Source of the DNA: an uncultured Gemmatimonadales bacterium
GTDB taxonomy: Bacteria > Gemmatimonadota > Gemmatimonadetes > Gemmatimonadales > GWC2-71-9
Direction of reading: 5' to 3'
Assembly: GCA_963730185.1 (NCBI GenBank)
Contig: CAVSQW010000014.1
Span: 96,001-160,000, forward strand
Length of the DNA stretch: 64,000 nt
The notes below the pieces were generated by a model. It did no database searches. It saw only the letters and a program-made list of their open reading frames with translations, and was not told where the DNA came from. Positions 36,001 through 44,940 of the stretch are shown in pieces. Made by a program: the position numbers and the translations under genes. Each line of letters opens with the position of its first letter. Position 1 is the stretch's first letter.

Positions 36001-36364
36001 CGTCGACCTCGAGCGGGTCCTCGCCGTCGGCTCCGAGGACCTCGCCGGCTTCGAGGCGATCGAGGTCCAACGCCAGCGCGGGCGGGTCGAACCGCACCAT
36101 CGGCCGGCTGGATGGAAAGGCGGTTCGGCCGAAAATCGAGCGGAGGAGGGAGAGGGCGTTGGCCAGCGAGTGCCGGCCCTGAGCCTGGGCCGCCCGGGGC
36201 CAGAACATCTCCGCCAGCCGGTCCCGATCGTGGCCCCGCTTCCGCTCCACCGAGAGGAACACCAGCAGGGCGAGATGCTTCCGGACCCGGAACCGGACGA
36301 CCTTCCCGTCCGGCGCGCGAAGCTCGGCGGGGCCCAGACACTTGAGCAGGTAGGGAGCGGGCAC
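33050..36364 (-). CDS. SARP-like wHTH/BTAD-STAND ATPase with C-terminal TPR-like region
   Basis: RKHLALLVFL...RLAEMFWP, BTAD (LLALDHLAEE), FVGRRRE, Walker A GDSGVGKT, Walker B LLVLDD, RGFPMAL and a helical repeat tail. Confidence 0.85.
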   Translation of the reverse strand: MPAPYLLKCLGPAELRAPDGKVVRFRVRKHLALLVFLSVERKRGHDRDRLAEMFWPRAAQAQGRHSLANALSLLRSIFGRTAFPSSRPMVRFDPPALALDLDRLEAGEVLGADGEDPLEVDGFLRGFDLPDAPEFSLWKEREHARRLPSIHAALLTLIDHARRRGSHDEIMTRAERLLALDHLAEEGIRAKIEALALAGDRFSALRVFDEWKALLAAELGAEPSGLLEGMAGQLKKRGWEPREPVAMPAVPAEQWRDRKFVGRRREYRALYETWETTHQFRPRHRCIVGDSGVGKTTLAQRLVTAAGLEGASVSRVQCYHLEQRLPYATIGALVSGLLGRPGVAATAPSALAEIAQVVPGVKDHYPNLPPPRPSEGETARLFFAEGVMDLLIAVMDERPLLLVLDDYPVADEASLAVLHLVLRRLDRGRYMVVLTARPADEDESHQARRIREGMDRLSMEPLGLEPMPEDDTAELLEVILEGADATPRVPERRALVRASRGFPMALELLTQDWRINGAKSLALAFGAMTAEFGPDRTRDRDTYAMIAERILVTLSHSARQVLTLSALLGSRASDLSMFGLVDLSFGQTVEGISELTTKRILRSVGATLEFINELVRAHVYRQIAGPVRTALHAAIADRLLADEEGGRAVPGLEIAWHLMRAGRRVEATPRLFRGASEAKDRGAPDEAVLALESALGEIDPASQTRARVVLADLHQELGRWGESLQVLEEAGELPATLEQLAMVFRLHAEWQLGAIPRDSTSNTVATLLRVSTIDGEAVGPAYMLAARMAVGTQEQPLIRQVLDAHSALQPGHIDQSLLLTISRAILLYNLRNFDEAERLASLAEVACRENERADSAFVRVLAGKAAIHVVKGEYAATLPILAEGLRFADRLDNEALVGELSASLALTLLNLCHYREAAKAAEKAIPRLNAIRAPSYLIHAIAHGTLANALLGQSAGVGEGLDLGSDVARHAGIPVIEQDWLLSQADILWAMGKRKLAIESGTVATTGRFGDPLATGVVGKYARWVARLAILNGQATEAIARVAHWQKCLGPLDAVDRVDVASALVRLSQSAFGLAPQAASQELTKWVSALSVETAKHLHRLEVI

Positions 36365-36402
36365 GGTTCGTTGGTCGTCGGGGGTTGGAGGCCGAGACCA
36401 CT

Positions 36403-36431
36403 ATGCTACCGGCGAATCAACCCCACCTCAA
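36403..36431 (-). promoter_or_regulatory. Possible sigma-70 promoter of the STAND gene
   Basis: Minus strand TTGAGG-17 nt-TAGCAT, about 40 nt upstream of the GTG start. Confidence 0.35.
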
Positions 36432-36743
36432 TCCGGGCCCGATCAGGGGCCGAAAAGCGGTTGGCGAGTTGTAATCTTCTGGCGGACCCTGCCGCGGTGT
36501 CCTGATGCGGCGTTTGTTCGGGGTGAGGCTAGGGCGAACCCGGCGGGATGCCCATCGAACGCCAAGCGCTCCGGTGGCGATCGTGACCGGTGCCAGTCGG
36601 GGCTGGGACCAGGAAACCCCTCGGGAACGCGATCCGCTCGCCAAGGCACCGAAGGGCAACGTCCCGAGCCACTGACCCTCGAGGACGCCTGACCCGGCGT
36701 CGCCGGTGTCGGCGCGCGGACCTGATGGGTTCCGACCTGGGGG

Positions 36744-36908
36744 CTACTGCTCGACGTCCGTGGCGGTGTCGGCCTCGTCGTCGCCCGGTTCGTCCGGTGA
36801 CTGCGGGCTGGCTGCTCGCTCGGCCTTGCGGCGGGCCTTCTCCTGCTTCTTCCGGGCCTTGGCGAGTTCTTTCTGTCGCTTCTCGAATCCGTAGTTTCGC
36901 TTGGGCAT
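36744..36908 (-). CDS. Small 54-aa protein with basic N-terminus and acidic tail
   Basis: MPKRNYGFEKRQKELAKARKKQEK...DEPGDDEADTATDVEQ, with RBS AGGAG. Confidence 0.7.
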   Translation of the reverse strand: MPKRNYGFEKRQKELAKARKKQEKARRKAERAASPQSPDEPGDDEADTATDVEQ

Positions 36909-37024
36909 GAAGCTCCTGGCGTGGGTGGGCGGCAGGTGGGCCGGCCAGCCTATCGACGTGCAAGGTAGAAAGTCCGGGCGGGGCCGCAAGCCACCGGGCT
37001 CGCCGGCTCGCGGTCGGCGTCCGA

Positions 37025-37924
37025 TCAGCCGTCGCCGGGAGGCCGCTCGATCGGCTCCGGGTGGGACGCGATCCGCTCCGGATGGGAGTAGACGGTGAGC
37101 TGATCCCTCCGCGCGAAGCCCACCAGCGTCATCCCCGCTTCGGCGGCCACCCGGACGGCCAGACCGGTCGGCCCCGAGATCGCCGCCAGGATCGGGGTGC
37201 CCAGGACGGTGGCCTTTTGCACCATCTCGAAGCTGGCCCGGCTGGTGACGACCACGAATCCCTGGGCCGGGTCGACCCCGGCGGTGAGGGCGGCCCCGAT
37301 CAGCTTGTCGAGCGCGTTGTGCCGGCCCACGTCCTCCCGGGCCAACTGGATCACGCCGTCGAGCGACGCCCACCCGGCGGCGTGGACGGCCCCGGCCTCG
37401 CGGTTCAGGCGTTGGTGCTCGGTCAGCTCGTCCAGCGCTCGTTGGATCACCGCGGGCGCCACCGGCCGCCCCGCGCGGACCGGATGGACCGTCTTGAGGA
37501 CGGCGGCGATGCTGTCCGAGCCGCAGATCCCACAGCCGGTCCGACCCGACATCCGGCGGGTCCGCCCGGCGACCACGGCCTCGCAGGCCGGATCGATGCT
37601 GGCCTGGATCTCGATGCCCTGGCTGAACCGTTCCACGGAGACGGCCTGGAGGTCGGCCGGGGAGCGGATCAGCTCCTCGGTGATGCTGAAACCTAACGCG
37701 AAATCCTCCAGGTCCTCCGGCGTGGCCATCATGACCACGTGGGGGACCCGGTTGTACACGATGACGACCGGCGTTTCCTCCACCACCCGCTCGGGGCTCG
37801 GCGCGGCGACGCCGGCGGACCACCGGGTGGCGTCGACCTCGAGCAAGGGTCCGCCATAGCCCAGCCGCCGAAGCGAGGCGGGCGCCTGGCTCGGTTGGCG
37901 ATCGACCGACAGGGGCTCGGACAT
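37025..37924 (-). CDS. fdhD: Formate dehydrogenase accessory sulfurtransferase
   Basis: MMATPEDLEDFALGF, GCGICG, VHAA, EDVGRHNALDKLIG and TSRASFEMVQK. Confidence 0.94.
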   Translation of the reverse strand: MSEPLSVDRQPSQAPASLRRLGYGGPLLEVDATRWSAGVAAPSPERVVEETPVVIVYNRVPHVVMMATPEDLEDFALGFSITEELIRSPADLQAVSVERFSQGIEIQASIDPACEAVVAGRTRRMSGRTGCGICGSDSIAAVLKTVHPVRAGRPVAPAVIQRALDELTEHQRLNREAGAVHAAGWASLDGVIQLAREDVGRHNALDKLIGAALTAGVDPAQGFVVVTSRASFEMVQKATVLGTPILAAISGPTGLAVRVAAEAGMTLVGFARRDQLTVYSHPERIASHPEPIERPPGDG

Positions 37925-38017
37925 GCGGCACTCTCCCTTCGAGGCTTTGGGAATCTAACCGTCCGGTCCGACCGAGATCCGTTTGCGGGGCGGGCGTTTC
38001 GTCGATATCGTGCCCGG

Positions 38018-38054
38018 CGGACCTCGTCGAGCCGGCGCTCCACCACGACGATCG
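38018..38054 (-). pseudogene. Remnant homologous to 44704-44740 (probable C-terminus of a kinase/beta-propeller gene)
   Basis: Encodes IVVVERRLDEVR and is 33/37 nt identical to 44704-44740. Confidence 0.4.
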
Positions 38055-38217
38055 AGCTGGTGACGAGATGGGTGACCCGCCGGTATTGCGGCGGGCCCTG
38101 CCGGCAGCGAACATGGTGGGCCTCGGCCGGACCGAGGCCTCACGCCCGCGTGGAGTGTAAACAGACCATGGTGGATGAGTTGACACGACCGGCGGCGCCA
38201 ACCCCGCAAGGCACCCG

Positions 38218-39552
38218 GTGAGCCAACCGGGCGGAGCGCCATCGCTGCGGCGGGCCATTTCCCGTTGGGAGATCATCGGCCTGTCGATCAACGACGTGAT
38301 CGGCTCGGGCGTGTATCTCTTGCCGGCCGCGGCCGCCGCGCTGCTGGGGCCGATGAGCACTTGGGCGGTAGTTCTCGCCGGCGGTGCCGTCATTCTGCTC
38401 GTCCTCTGCTTCGCGGAGGCCGCGAGCTACTTCGACGAGCCCGGCGGCGGCTACCTCTATACCCGCGTCGCGTTCGGGTCGTTCGTCGGATTCGAGGTTG
38501 GCTGGATGACGTGGCTGGCCCGGGTCGCGTCGATCGCCTCGCTGAGCAACGGCCTGGCGCTGGCGACGGCGTACGTCTGGCCGGGCGCCTCCTCGGGGCT
38601 GCCACGGGCCGCCCTGATCACGGCGGCGCTCGCCTTTCTCACCTGGGTCAACGTGATCGGGGTGAAGTCGGGCGCCCGGACCGCGGTCGTGCTGGTGATC
38701 GCGAAATCGGCGCCGCTGGTGCTGTTCGTCGTCGCCGGGCTGTTTGCGGTCGACTGGTCGCGGGTCGCCGCGGTCCAGGCGCCCCGGCCCGGCGTTCTGG
38801 GCGAGGCCTCGCTGCTGCTGCTGTTCGCGTATGCCGGCTTCGAGAACACGCCGGCCGCCGCGGGCGAATACCGGAATCCGCGCCGCGACGTCCCCGTCGC
38901 CATCGTCATCGCCATGCTGTTCATCATCACGATCTACAGCCTGGTCCAGCTCGTGTCGGTGGGGACGTTGCCGGGCCTGGCGCAATCGAAATCGCCCCTC
39001 GCCGAGGCCGCCGGGCTGTTCCTCGGCGGCTGGGCCGCCCTGGTCATGACGGTGGGCGCGATCCTGTCGATCTTCGGCAACATCGGCAACACGGTGCTGA
39101 TCGGGCCGCGCTACCTGTTCGCGCTCGCCAACGACGGCTTCGGCCCGCGCGCGTTGGCCCGAGTGCACCCTCGCTATCAGACGCCGGCGGCGGCCATCAT
39201 CGCGCAATCGGTGCTCTCGCTCGTGCTGGCCCTGTCGGGTTCGTTCGTGCAGCTCGCGATGCTCTCGATCATCGCCCGGCTGGCCACCTACATCGGTACG
39301 GCAGCGGCCGTGCCACTGCTCCGCCGCCGTTTCGCCGCCCGCACGGATGCCACCCGCCTGCCGGGTGGGCCCGCGATCCCGATCGCGGCGATCATGGTCT
39401 CCCTCGCATTCGTGGCGAGCACCAGCTGGCAGAATCTGCTCGCCGGGCTCGTCGCGCTCGTCATTGGGGCGTTGATCTACCGGTTCCGGCGCAACGACCG
39501 TCCTGGCGAGTCCGCGGCCGGCGAGACGAATCCGACGAGCCGAGGTCGCTGA
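38218..39552 (+). CDS. APC-family amino acid permease
   Basis: INDVIGSGVYLLP, CFAEAAS, GGGYLY, FAYAGFE and about 12 TM segments. Confidence 0.92.
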   Translation: MSQPGGAPSLRRAISRWEIIGLSINDVIGSGVYLLPAAAAALLGPMSTWAVVLAGGAVILLVLCFAEAASYFDEPGGGYLYTRVAFGSFVGFEVGWMTWLARVASIASLSNGLALATAYVWPGASSGLPRAALITAALAFLTWVNVIGVKSGARTAVVLVIAKSAPLVLFVVAGLFAVDWSRVAAVQAPRPGVLGEASLLLLFAYAGFENTPAAAGEYRNPRRDVPVAIVIAMLFIITIYSLVQLVSVGTLPGLAQSKSPLAEAAGLFLGGWAALVMTVGAILSIFGNIGNTVLIGPRYLFALANDGFGPRALARVHPRYQTPAAAIIAQSVLSLVLALSGSFVQLAMLSIIARLATYIGTAAAVPLLRRRFAARTDATRLPGGPAIPIAAIMVSLAFVASTSWQNLLAGLVALVIGALIYRFRRNDRPGESAAGETNPTSRGR

Positions 39553-39614
39553 GCCCGGCTGGTCGGGAGACCCAACTCCGCGTCGAGCGGATCCTTGAAG
39601 GGAGTGAGCGCCTG

Positions 39615-41210
39615 ATGTCGGTGTCGCGTCGTGATGCTCTTGCGCAGCTGGCCGCCCTGGCGGCCGTCGCGGCCCTCCCGCGTCCGGGCCGGCGCGGCGC
39701 CCCGGCCGATCCGCTCGACGGCACCATCGCCGACTATCGGGCCGGCCTCGCGCGCGGGGACTTCACCGCCGCGGAGGTGACGGCCCGGGCGCTCGAGCGA
39801 TGCCGGACCGACGGGCCCGTCTGGCACGCGATCGACGCCTTCGCCGTGACGGCGCTGGCCGAGGCGAAGGCGGCCGACCGCCGCCGGCGGGCGGGTCGGC
39901 CGCTGGGACCGCTGGATGGCGTTCCCGTCTTCGCCAAGGCCATCTACGACCTGAGCGGGCTTCCGACCACCGGCTCGAGCGCCGCCTGGGCGAGGATCTT
40001 TCCGGACCCGGTGGGCCGCGACGCGCTGGAGGTGACTCGGATGCGCGCGGCCGGCGCGGCGGTGTTGGGCAAGACGGCGGCGGACGACTTCGCCTACCGC
40101 GGCGTCGGGACCAGCAGCCAGACCGGCCAGGTCCAAAATCCCCACGACCCCACCGGCACCCGCACCCCGGGCGGCTCCAGCGCGGGCTCGGCGGTGGCCG
40201 TGGCCGGCGGGATGTCGTTCGCCGCGCTCGGCACCGACGACGGAGGGTCCAACCGGATTCCGGCCCAGTGCACCGGCGTGGTCGGGATGAAGCCGACCTT
40301 CGGCCTGGTGCCCAGGACGGGGGTGATTCCCACCTGGCCCTACCTCGACACCCACGGGCCCCTGGCCCGTCACGTGGCCGACGCGGCGCTCCTCCTGGCC
40401 GCGATCGCGGGGCCGGATCGTTCCGACCCCCTGGCCCTCACCATTCCGTTCGACCCGGCGCCGCTCGCCCGACTGTCCGACGAGGCTCTGGCCGGCGTGC
40501 GGCTCGGGCTGGTGGAGGCGCACGTGCCCCGGGCTCAGATGACGGCCGAGGCGATCGCCACCTGGGACCGGGCGGTGGGCGACTTGCGCTCGGCAGGCGC
40601 AACGGTCGACCCGTTCACGCCGGCCGTCACGCTCGCGAACGTCCGGGATGCCTTCGCCGGGGCAGCCACCCGGCGCGGCGACGTGCCGGTGGACTCGCGC
40701 TCGCCGGCGCCGACCGCCAACGCGCTCTATCGGTATTTCGCGGGGCGCACCGACCAGCCGCGCGCCGCGATCCGCAAGGGGTACGACGCCTATCGATCGT
40801 TCTACGATGTACTGCCCGCCGCCTACGAGCAGTGCGAGCCGCTCCTGGAGCAGCCGATGGAGCGCGATCCGGCGGGGCAGTCGTTCGCGAAGTCGCGGGC
40901 CGAGGTGGTCGCGGCTCTGACAGCGTCGATGCGGGTGGCGGGCGTGGCAGCCATGGTTTATCCCACGATGCCGTTCGAGGCCTTTCGCCTGGCCGAGGGC
41001 TGGCCGGACGTCCGGACGCCGCTCGGTTACGGCAACTGGCTGGGCCTTCCGGAAGTGTCGGTTCCGGCCGGGATGGGCGCGGACGGCCTGCCGACGCTCA
41101 ACCTCTCGGTGGTCGGCCTCCCGGGCGAGGATGCCCGCGTGCTGGCGCTGGCCCACGCCTACGAGCGCCAGTCGCGGCGGTTCGTCGCCCCGGCGCGGCC
41201 GGGTCGCTAG
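39615..41210 (+). CDS. Amidase-signature family enzyme with Tat signal
   Basis: Twin-arginine MSVSRRDAL, GPLDGVPVFAK, PGGSSAGS and GTDDGGSNRIPA. Confidence 0.9.
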   Translation: MSVSRRDALAQLAALAAVAALPRPGRRGAPADPLDGTIADYRAGLARGDFTAAEVTARALERCRTDGPVWHAIDAFAVTALAEAKAADRRRRAGRPLGPLDGVPVFAKAIYDLSGLPTTGSSAAWARIFPDPVGRDALEVTRMRAAGAAVLGKTAADDFAYRGVGTSSQTGQVQNPHDPTGTRTPGGSSAGSAVAVAGGMSFAALGTDDGGSNRIPAQCTGVVGMKPTFGLVPRTGVIPTWPYLDTHGPLARHVADAALLLAAIAGPDRSDPLALTIPFDPAPLARLSDEALAGVRLGLVEAHVPRAQMTAEAIATWDRAVGDLRSAGATVDPFTPAVTLANVRDAFAGAATRRGDVPVDSRSPAPTANALYRYFAGRTDQPRAAIRKGYDAYRSFYDVLPAAYEQCEPLLEQPMERDPAGQSFAKSRAEVVAALTASMRVAGVAAMVYPTMPFEAFRLAEGWPDVRTPLGYGNWLGLPEVSVPAGMGADGLPTLNLSVVGLPGEDARVLALAHAYERQSRRFVAPARPGR

Positions 41211-41320
41211 TCGGGCGGTTGAAGCTAGGCCGGCTGCGAGCGGGGAGTCGCGCTCGAGCTCGGGTCAACGCTTCGCTCCGGAATTCAGGGTTGCCGCTCG
41301 CTTCGGCGGCGAGCCGTCGC

Positions 41321-44300
41321 CTAGTGCACCCCGGCCGCCGGGCTCGGTCGCTCGGTGAGGCCGTACGGCGGCTCCGTCTTCCGCTCCCGGGGCCAGACCT
41401 CGTCGAGCGTGTCGCCGTCGTAGAGCCGGCCATTCTTCATCACGTACCGGACCGAGTTGGTGTTCCGGATGTTCTCGAGCGGGTTCCGGTCCATCACGAT
41501 CAGGTCGGCCAGCTTGCCGGGTTCGAGCGAACCCAAGTCGCCGTCGAGGCCCAACGCCTGCGCCCCCGCCAGCGTGGCCATCCGAAGCACATCGTGGATC
41601 GGCATGCCGCCGGAAGCCACCGACCAAAGCTCCCAGTGGTAGCCTAGCCCTTGGAACTCGCCGTGGCTCCCGATCCCGATCTTGCCGCCGGCCTTGACGA
41701 TGTCGGCCGCGACCTTGGCGGTCTTCGAGAAGATGTACTCGTCGTCCATGAACCACCCGCCCGGCGAGATCGGACTCTCGCCGCCCCGGCGGCGGGTCTT
41801 CTGCGCCAGGTGCTCGTAGGGCATGAACCGGCGGACTTTGGGATCGTCGTAGGGGTGTTCCTTGGAGAAGTACCACTCCTCGCCCGAGGGGCCGCCGTAT
41901 TGCACCAGCAGGGTCGGGGTGTACTCGATCCCCGACTTGGCGTAGGCGTTGATCACGTCGGCGTAGAGCGGGACCGTCGGGATGGCGTGCTCCTGGCCGG
42001 GATAGCCGTCGAACAGCATGGTGAGGTCGTACTTGGTGTCGAGCGATCCTTCGGTGGTCGGCGTGATCCGGTTTTCCTTGGCGGCCATGATCACCCACTG
42101 GCGGACCTGGCGGTTCCCCTTGACGTACATCTTGATGTAGTGGGTGTCCCAGTACTTGCTGTAGCGCTCCATCACCTCGCGGGTGTGGTCCAGATCCCGG
42201 AGCTGCTCGAGCCAGTAGCCGATCCCGCTCGCGGTCGAGTAGATCCGGGGCCCGATCGTCTGGCCCGCCTCGACCATGTCGCCGTAGGTCACGACGTCGC
42301 TGCTGGAGGTCTGGGGATCGCGAGTCGTGGTGACGCCGTACGCCAGATTGGCGAGATACATCCAGGGCTGCTCTTTGTGGACGCCCCAGGTGGGCCACAT
42401 GTGGGAGTGGGTATCGACGAACCCGGGCATGATGGTTTTGCCCGCCACGTCGATGACCCGGGCGCCGGCCGGTCCCGAGCCGCTGGGGCCGACGCTCACG
42501 ATCCGGTTGTTGCGGACCACCACGTCGGCGTTCTCGATCACCTCGTCGCCCTTCATGGTGATGGCCCGGGCGCCCCGGAGCACCACGGTGCCCTGGGGAA
42601 TGTCCCGGGGCACCGACACCGCCACCAGGTGCTCGCTGGGCTCGAACTTCCGCTTCGACACCGAGTCCGCGCGGGCCTTCGCCGCCGCGGTCGTGTCGGC
42701 AGCCAGCGCCTTGAGCTCGGTCGCGATCTCTTGATGGAACGACTTCGCGGCGGCGACGTCGACGGCGAAGACGGCGCCGCCCAGGCCCCAGTACACGGTC
42801 CGGGCGTCGGCGCTCCAGGCGGAGAACTCGCCGCCAATCTCGGTGAGCCTGAGCACCGGCACCGAGGCGGCGTTGGGATCCTGGAGCGAGACCCTGGGCA
42901 CCTCTCCGCCGACGGTCGGCACGGTGACCAGGTAGACGTCGTATCCCGACTGGATCATGGCCTGATCGCCGCTCGGCGCCATCACGATCCGATCGGCCGG
43001 GCTCGGCTTGTCCTGGTCGAGGAGCAGCGGCCCGGTGACGGCGAGGTGGCGCTTGAGGTCGGTCCCGTCCCATCGCAGCGAGACCAATCCGCTGTCGCTC
43101 GAGAGGAAGATCCGGCCGGTGTCGCGGGTGAAGTGCGGCCAGCCGCGGCCGAAGGTCGGCGCGATGAGCGTGGCGGCGCCACCGGTGGCCGGGATGGAGA
43201 CGAGATCGATCGCCGTGCCGGGCGCCTCTGGTCCTCCCTCGATCCGCCGCGGCTCAGCGGGGCCCCGCACGACCACGATCCGGCTCCCGTCCGGTGACCA
43301 GGCCGGCTCCTGGTAGGTGGCGAGCGTGGTGGTCAGGACCGCCGGCGGGGCCGAGCCGTCCGATCGGACCTTCGCCACGCTGCCGCCGGCCCGGCGCCAG
43401 GTGACGTAGCCGATCCACTGTCCGTCCGGCGACCAGGTCGGCTGCGCCTCGATCTCGTCGGACCGGGTGAGCCGCCGCGGCGTTCCCGCCGGGTAGTCCA
43501 TCACGTAGAGCCGGTCGAGGGCGGTGAACGCCAACCGTTTCCCGTCGGGCGAGGGGGCCAGATCGCGAATCTGGTGTGCCGCGAACTGGGGGGCGTCGGA
43601 GATCGGGTACTTGAAGCTGAGCTCGGGGCCCAGCGCCATGGTGGTGGTGACGTGGAACGGCACCGCGATCGGCGCGCTCCCGTCGACCGGGATCCGCCAG
43701 ATCTTCCCGCCGTAGGTGGCAACCACCTCCTTGGAGTCCGGCGTGAACGACATCCCGGGATAGGCGTCCCGGCTCCCGATCGCTTCCTGATCGTCGCGCT
43801 GCACCGGGTAAGCGAGCCACCTTTCGTCGCCGGTGGCCATCTCGCGGAGGACCAGACCGGTGTTGGCCTCGAATCGGGAGGCATAGACCATCCACTTCCC
43901 GTCGGGCGAGAGCGTGGGACGGATCCCGGATCCGTAGCGGCTGGTCCGGACCTCCCGCTCGCCGGTCTCGCGATCGTAGACGGCGATCTCGAACTGCGGG
44001 AAGATCGCGTTGTAGTTCCAGGTGCCGGTCCGCTGGGCGAACCAGAGGTAGCGCCCGTCCGGCCCGAACGCGGCGCCGTTGGTCAGCAGGTTGTCCGGCT
44101 TCTTGATCAGCTGGATGCCGGTCCCGCCCTCGACGTGGAACATCCAGAGCTTGCCGGGCTTGAAGACGATGTCGCCGATGGTGACGACGATGTAGTTGCC
44201 GTCCGGCGTCCACTCGGGCGACTCCATCGTCTTGTCGCGGACCTTGGTGATCTGGCGGGTCTCCTTGGTTGCGACGTTCTGGATCCAGACGTTCTCGGCC

Positions 44301-44611
44301 CCGTCGCGGTCGGAGGTGAAGGCGATCCACTGGCCGTCGGGCGAGTAGCGGGGCTGGCCGTCGAACGGCATGCCGCTCGTGATCGGGACGGCGGCGCCCC
44401 CGCCGATCGGCACGGTGTAGAGGTCGCCGAGAAGGTCGAAGACGACGGTGCGGCCGTCGGGGGAGACGTCGACCGAGAGCCAGGAGCCCTCGTCCGTGTC
44501 GACCGCCAGGGTGCGGGTCGGCACCAGGGGGAGGTCTTTGCCCTTGGGCTTCTGGGCGACGGCCAGCTGGGCGGTCACGATCGTCAGGACCACGGCGAGC
44601 GAACGCGTCAT
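41321..44611 (-). CDS. Exported TolB/PD40 beta-propeller plus amidohydrolase protein
   Basis: Signal peptide, many SPDG repeats, MPGFVDTHSH, GVTTTRDP and GSLEPGKLADL. Confidence 0.9.
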   Translation of the reverse strand: MTRSLAVVLTIVTAQLAVAQKPKGKDLPLVPTRTLAVDTDEGSWLSVDVSPDGRTVVFDLLGDLYTVPIGGGAAVPITSGMPFDGQPRYSPDGQWIAFTSDRDGAENVWIQNVATKETRQITKVRDKTMESPEWTPDGNYIVVTIGDIVFKPGKLWMFHVEGGTGIQLIKKPDNLLTNGAAFGPDGRYLWFAQRTGTWNYNAIFPQFEIAVYDRETGEREVRTSRYGSGIRPTLSPDGKWMVYASRFEANTGLVLREMATGDERWLAYPVQRDDQEAIGSRDAYPGMSFTPDSKEVVATYGGKIWRIPVDGSAPIAVPFHVTTTMALGPELSFKYPISDAPQFAAHQIRDLAPSPDGKRLAFTALDRLYVMDYPAGTPRRLTRSDEIEAQPTWSPDGQWIGYVTWRRAGGSVAKVRSDGSAPPAVLTTTLATYQEPAWSPDGSRIVVVRGPAEPRRIEGGPEAPGTAIDLVSIPATGGAATLIAPTFGRGWPHFTRDTGRIFLSSDSGLVSLRWDGTDLKRHLAVTGPLLLDQDKPSPADRIVMAPSGDQAMIQSGYDVYLVTVPTVGGEVPRVSLQDPNAASVPVLRLTEIGGEFSAWSADARTVYWGLGGAVFAVDVAAAKSFHQEIATELKALAADTTAAAKARADSVSKRKFEPSEHLVAVSVPRDIPQGTVVLRGARAITMKGDEVIENADVVVRNNRIVSVGPSGSGPAGARVIDVAGKTIMPGFVDTHSHMWPTWGVHKEQPWMYLANLAYGVTTTRDPQTSSSDVVTYGDMVEAGQTIGPRIYSTASGIGYWLEQLRDLDHTREVMERYSKYWDTHYIKMYVKGNRQVRQWVIMAAKENRITPTTEGSLDTKYDLTMLFDGYPGQEHAIPTVPLYADVINAYAKSGIEYTPTLLVQYGGPSGEEWYFSKEHPYDDPKVRRFMPYEHLAQKTRRRGGESPISPGGWFMDDEYIFSKTAKVAADIVKAGGKIGIGSHGEFQGLGYHWELWSVASGGMPIHDVLRMATLAGAQALGLDGDLGSLEPGKLADLIVMDRNPLENIRNTNSVRYVMKNGRLYDGDTLDEVWPRERKTEPPYGLTERPSPAAGVH

Positions 44612-44693
44612 GGGGGGGCGCCTCTACTGATCGATATGAGGAGGGACGGGGTCGACCTGAAATGTGCTCCGCCGCGCCCCCGTCGGGAAGGGA

Positions 44694-44791
44694 CTACCGG
44701 GCCCGGACCTCGTCCAGCCAGTGCTCGACCACGACGATCGCGCCGCCCCGGGGTCCGGGTGCAGCACCTCGATCGCGACGTCGCGGTCGTG
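44694..44791 (-). pseudogene. Internally deleted Ser/Thr kinase gene scar
   Basis: Kinase subdomain II-like HDRDVAIEVLHPD is joined out of frame to IVVVEHWLDEVRAR-stop. Confidence 0.5.
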
Positions 44792-44940
44792 GCATCGGTC
44801 ATTCAGGGTTGGAAAGGCCTTCCGGGCCGCGGAAAACGCGGCCTCGGCGAGGGTCTCGTGCCGTGGGACCTTCGGCAACGGGGACGGTCGAGCCCCCGGC
44901 CTTCGGTCGACCGGGGGCCCGGACCGGAGGGACTTACCGA

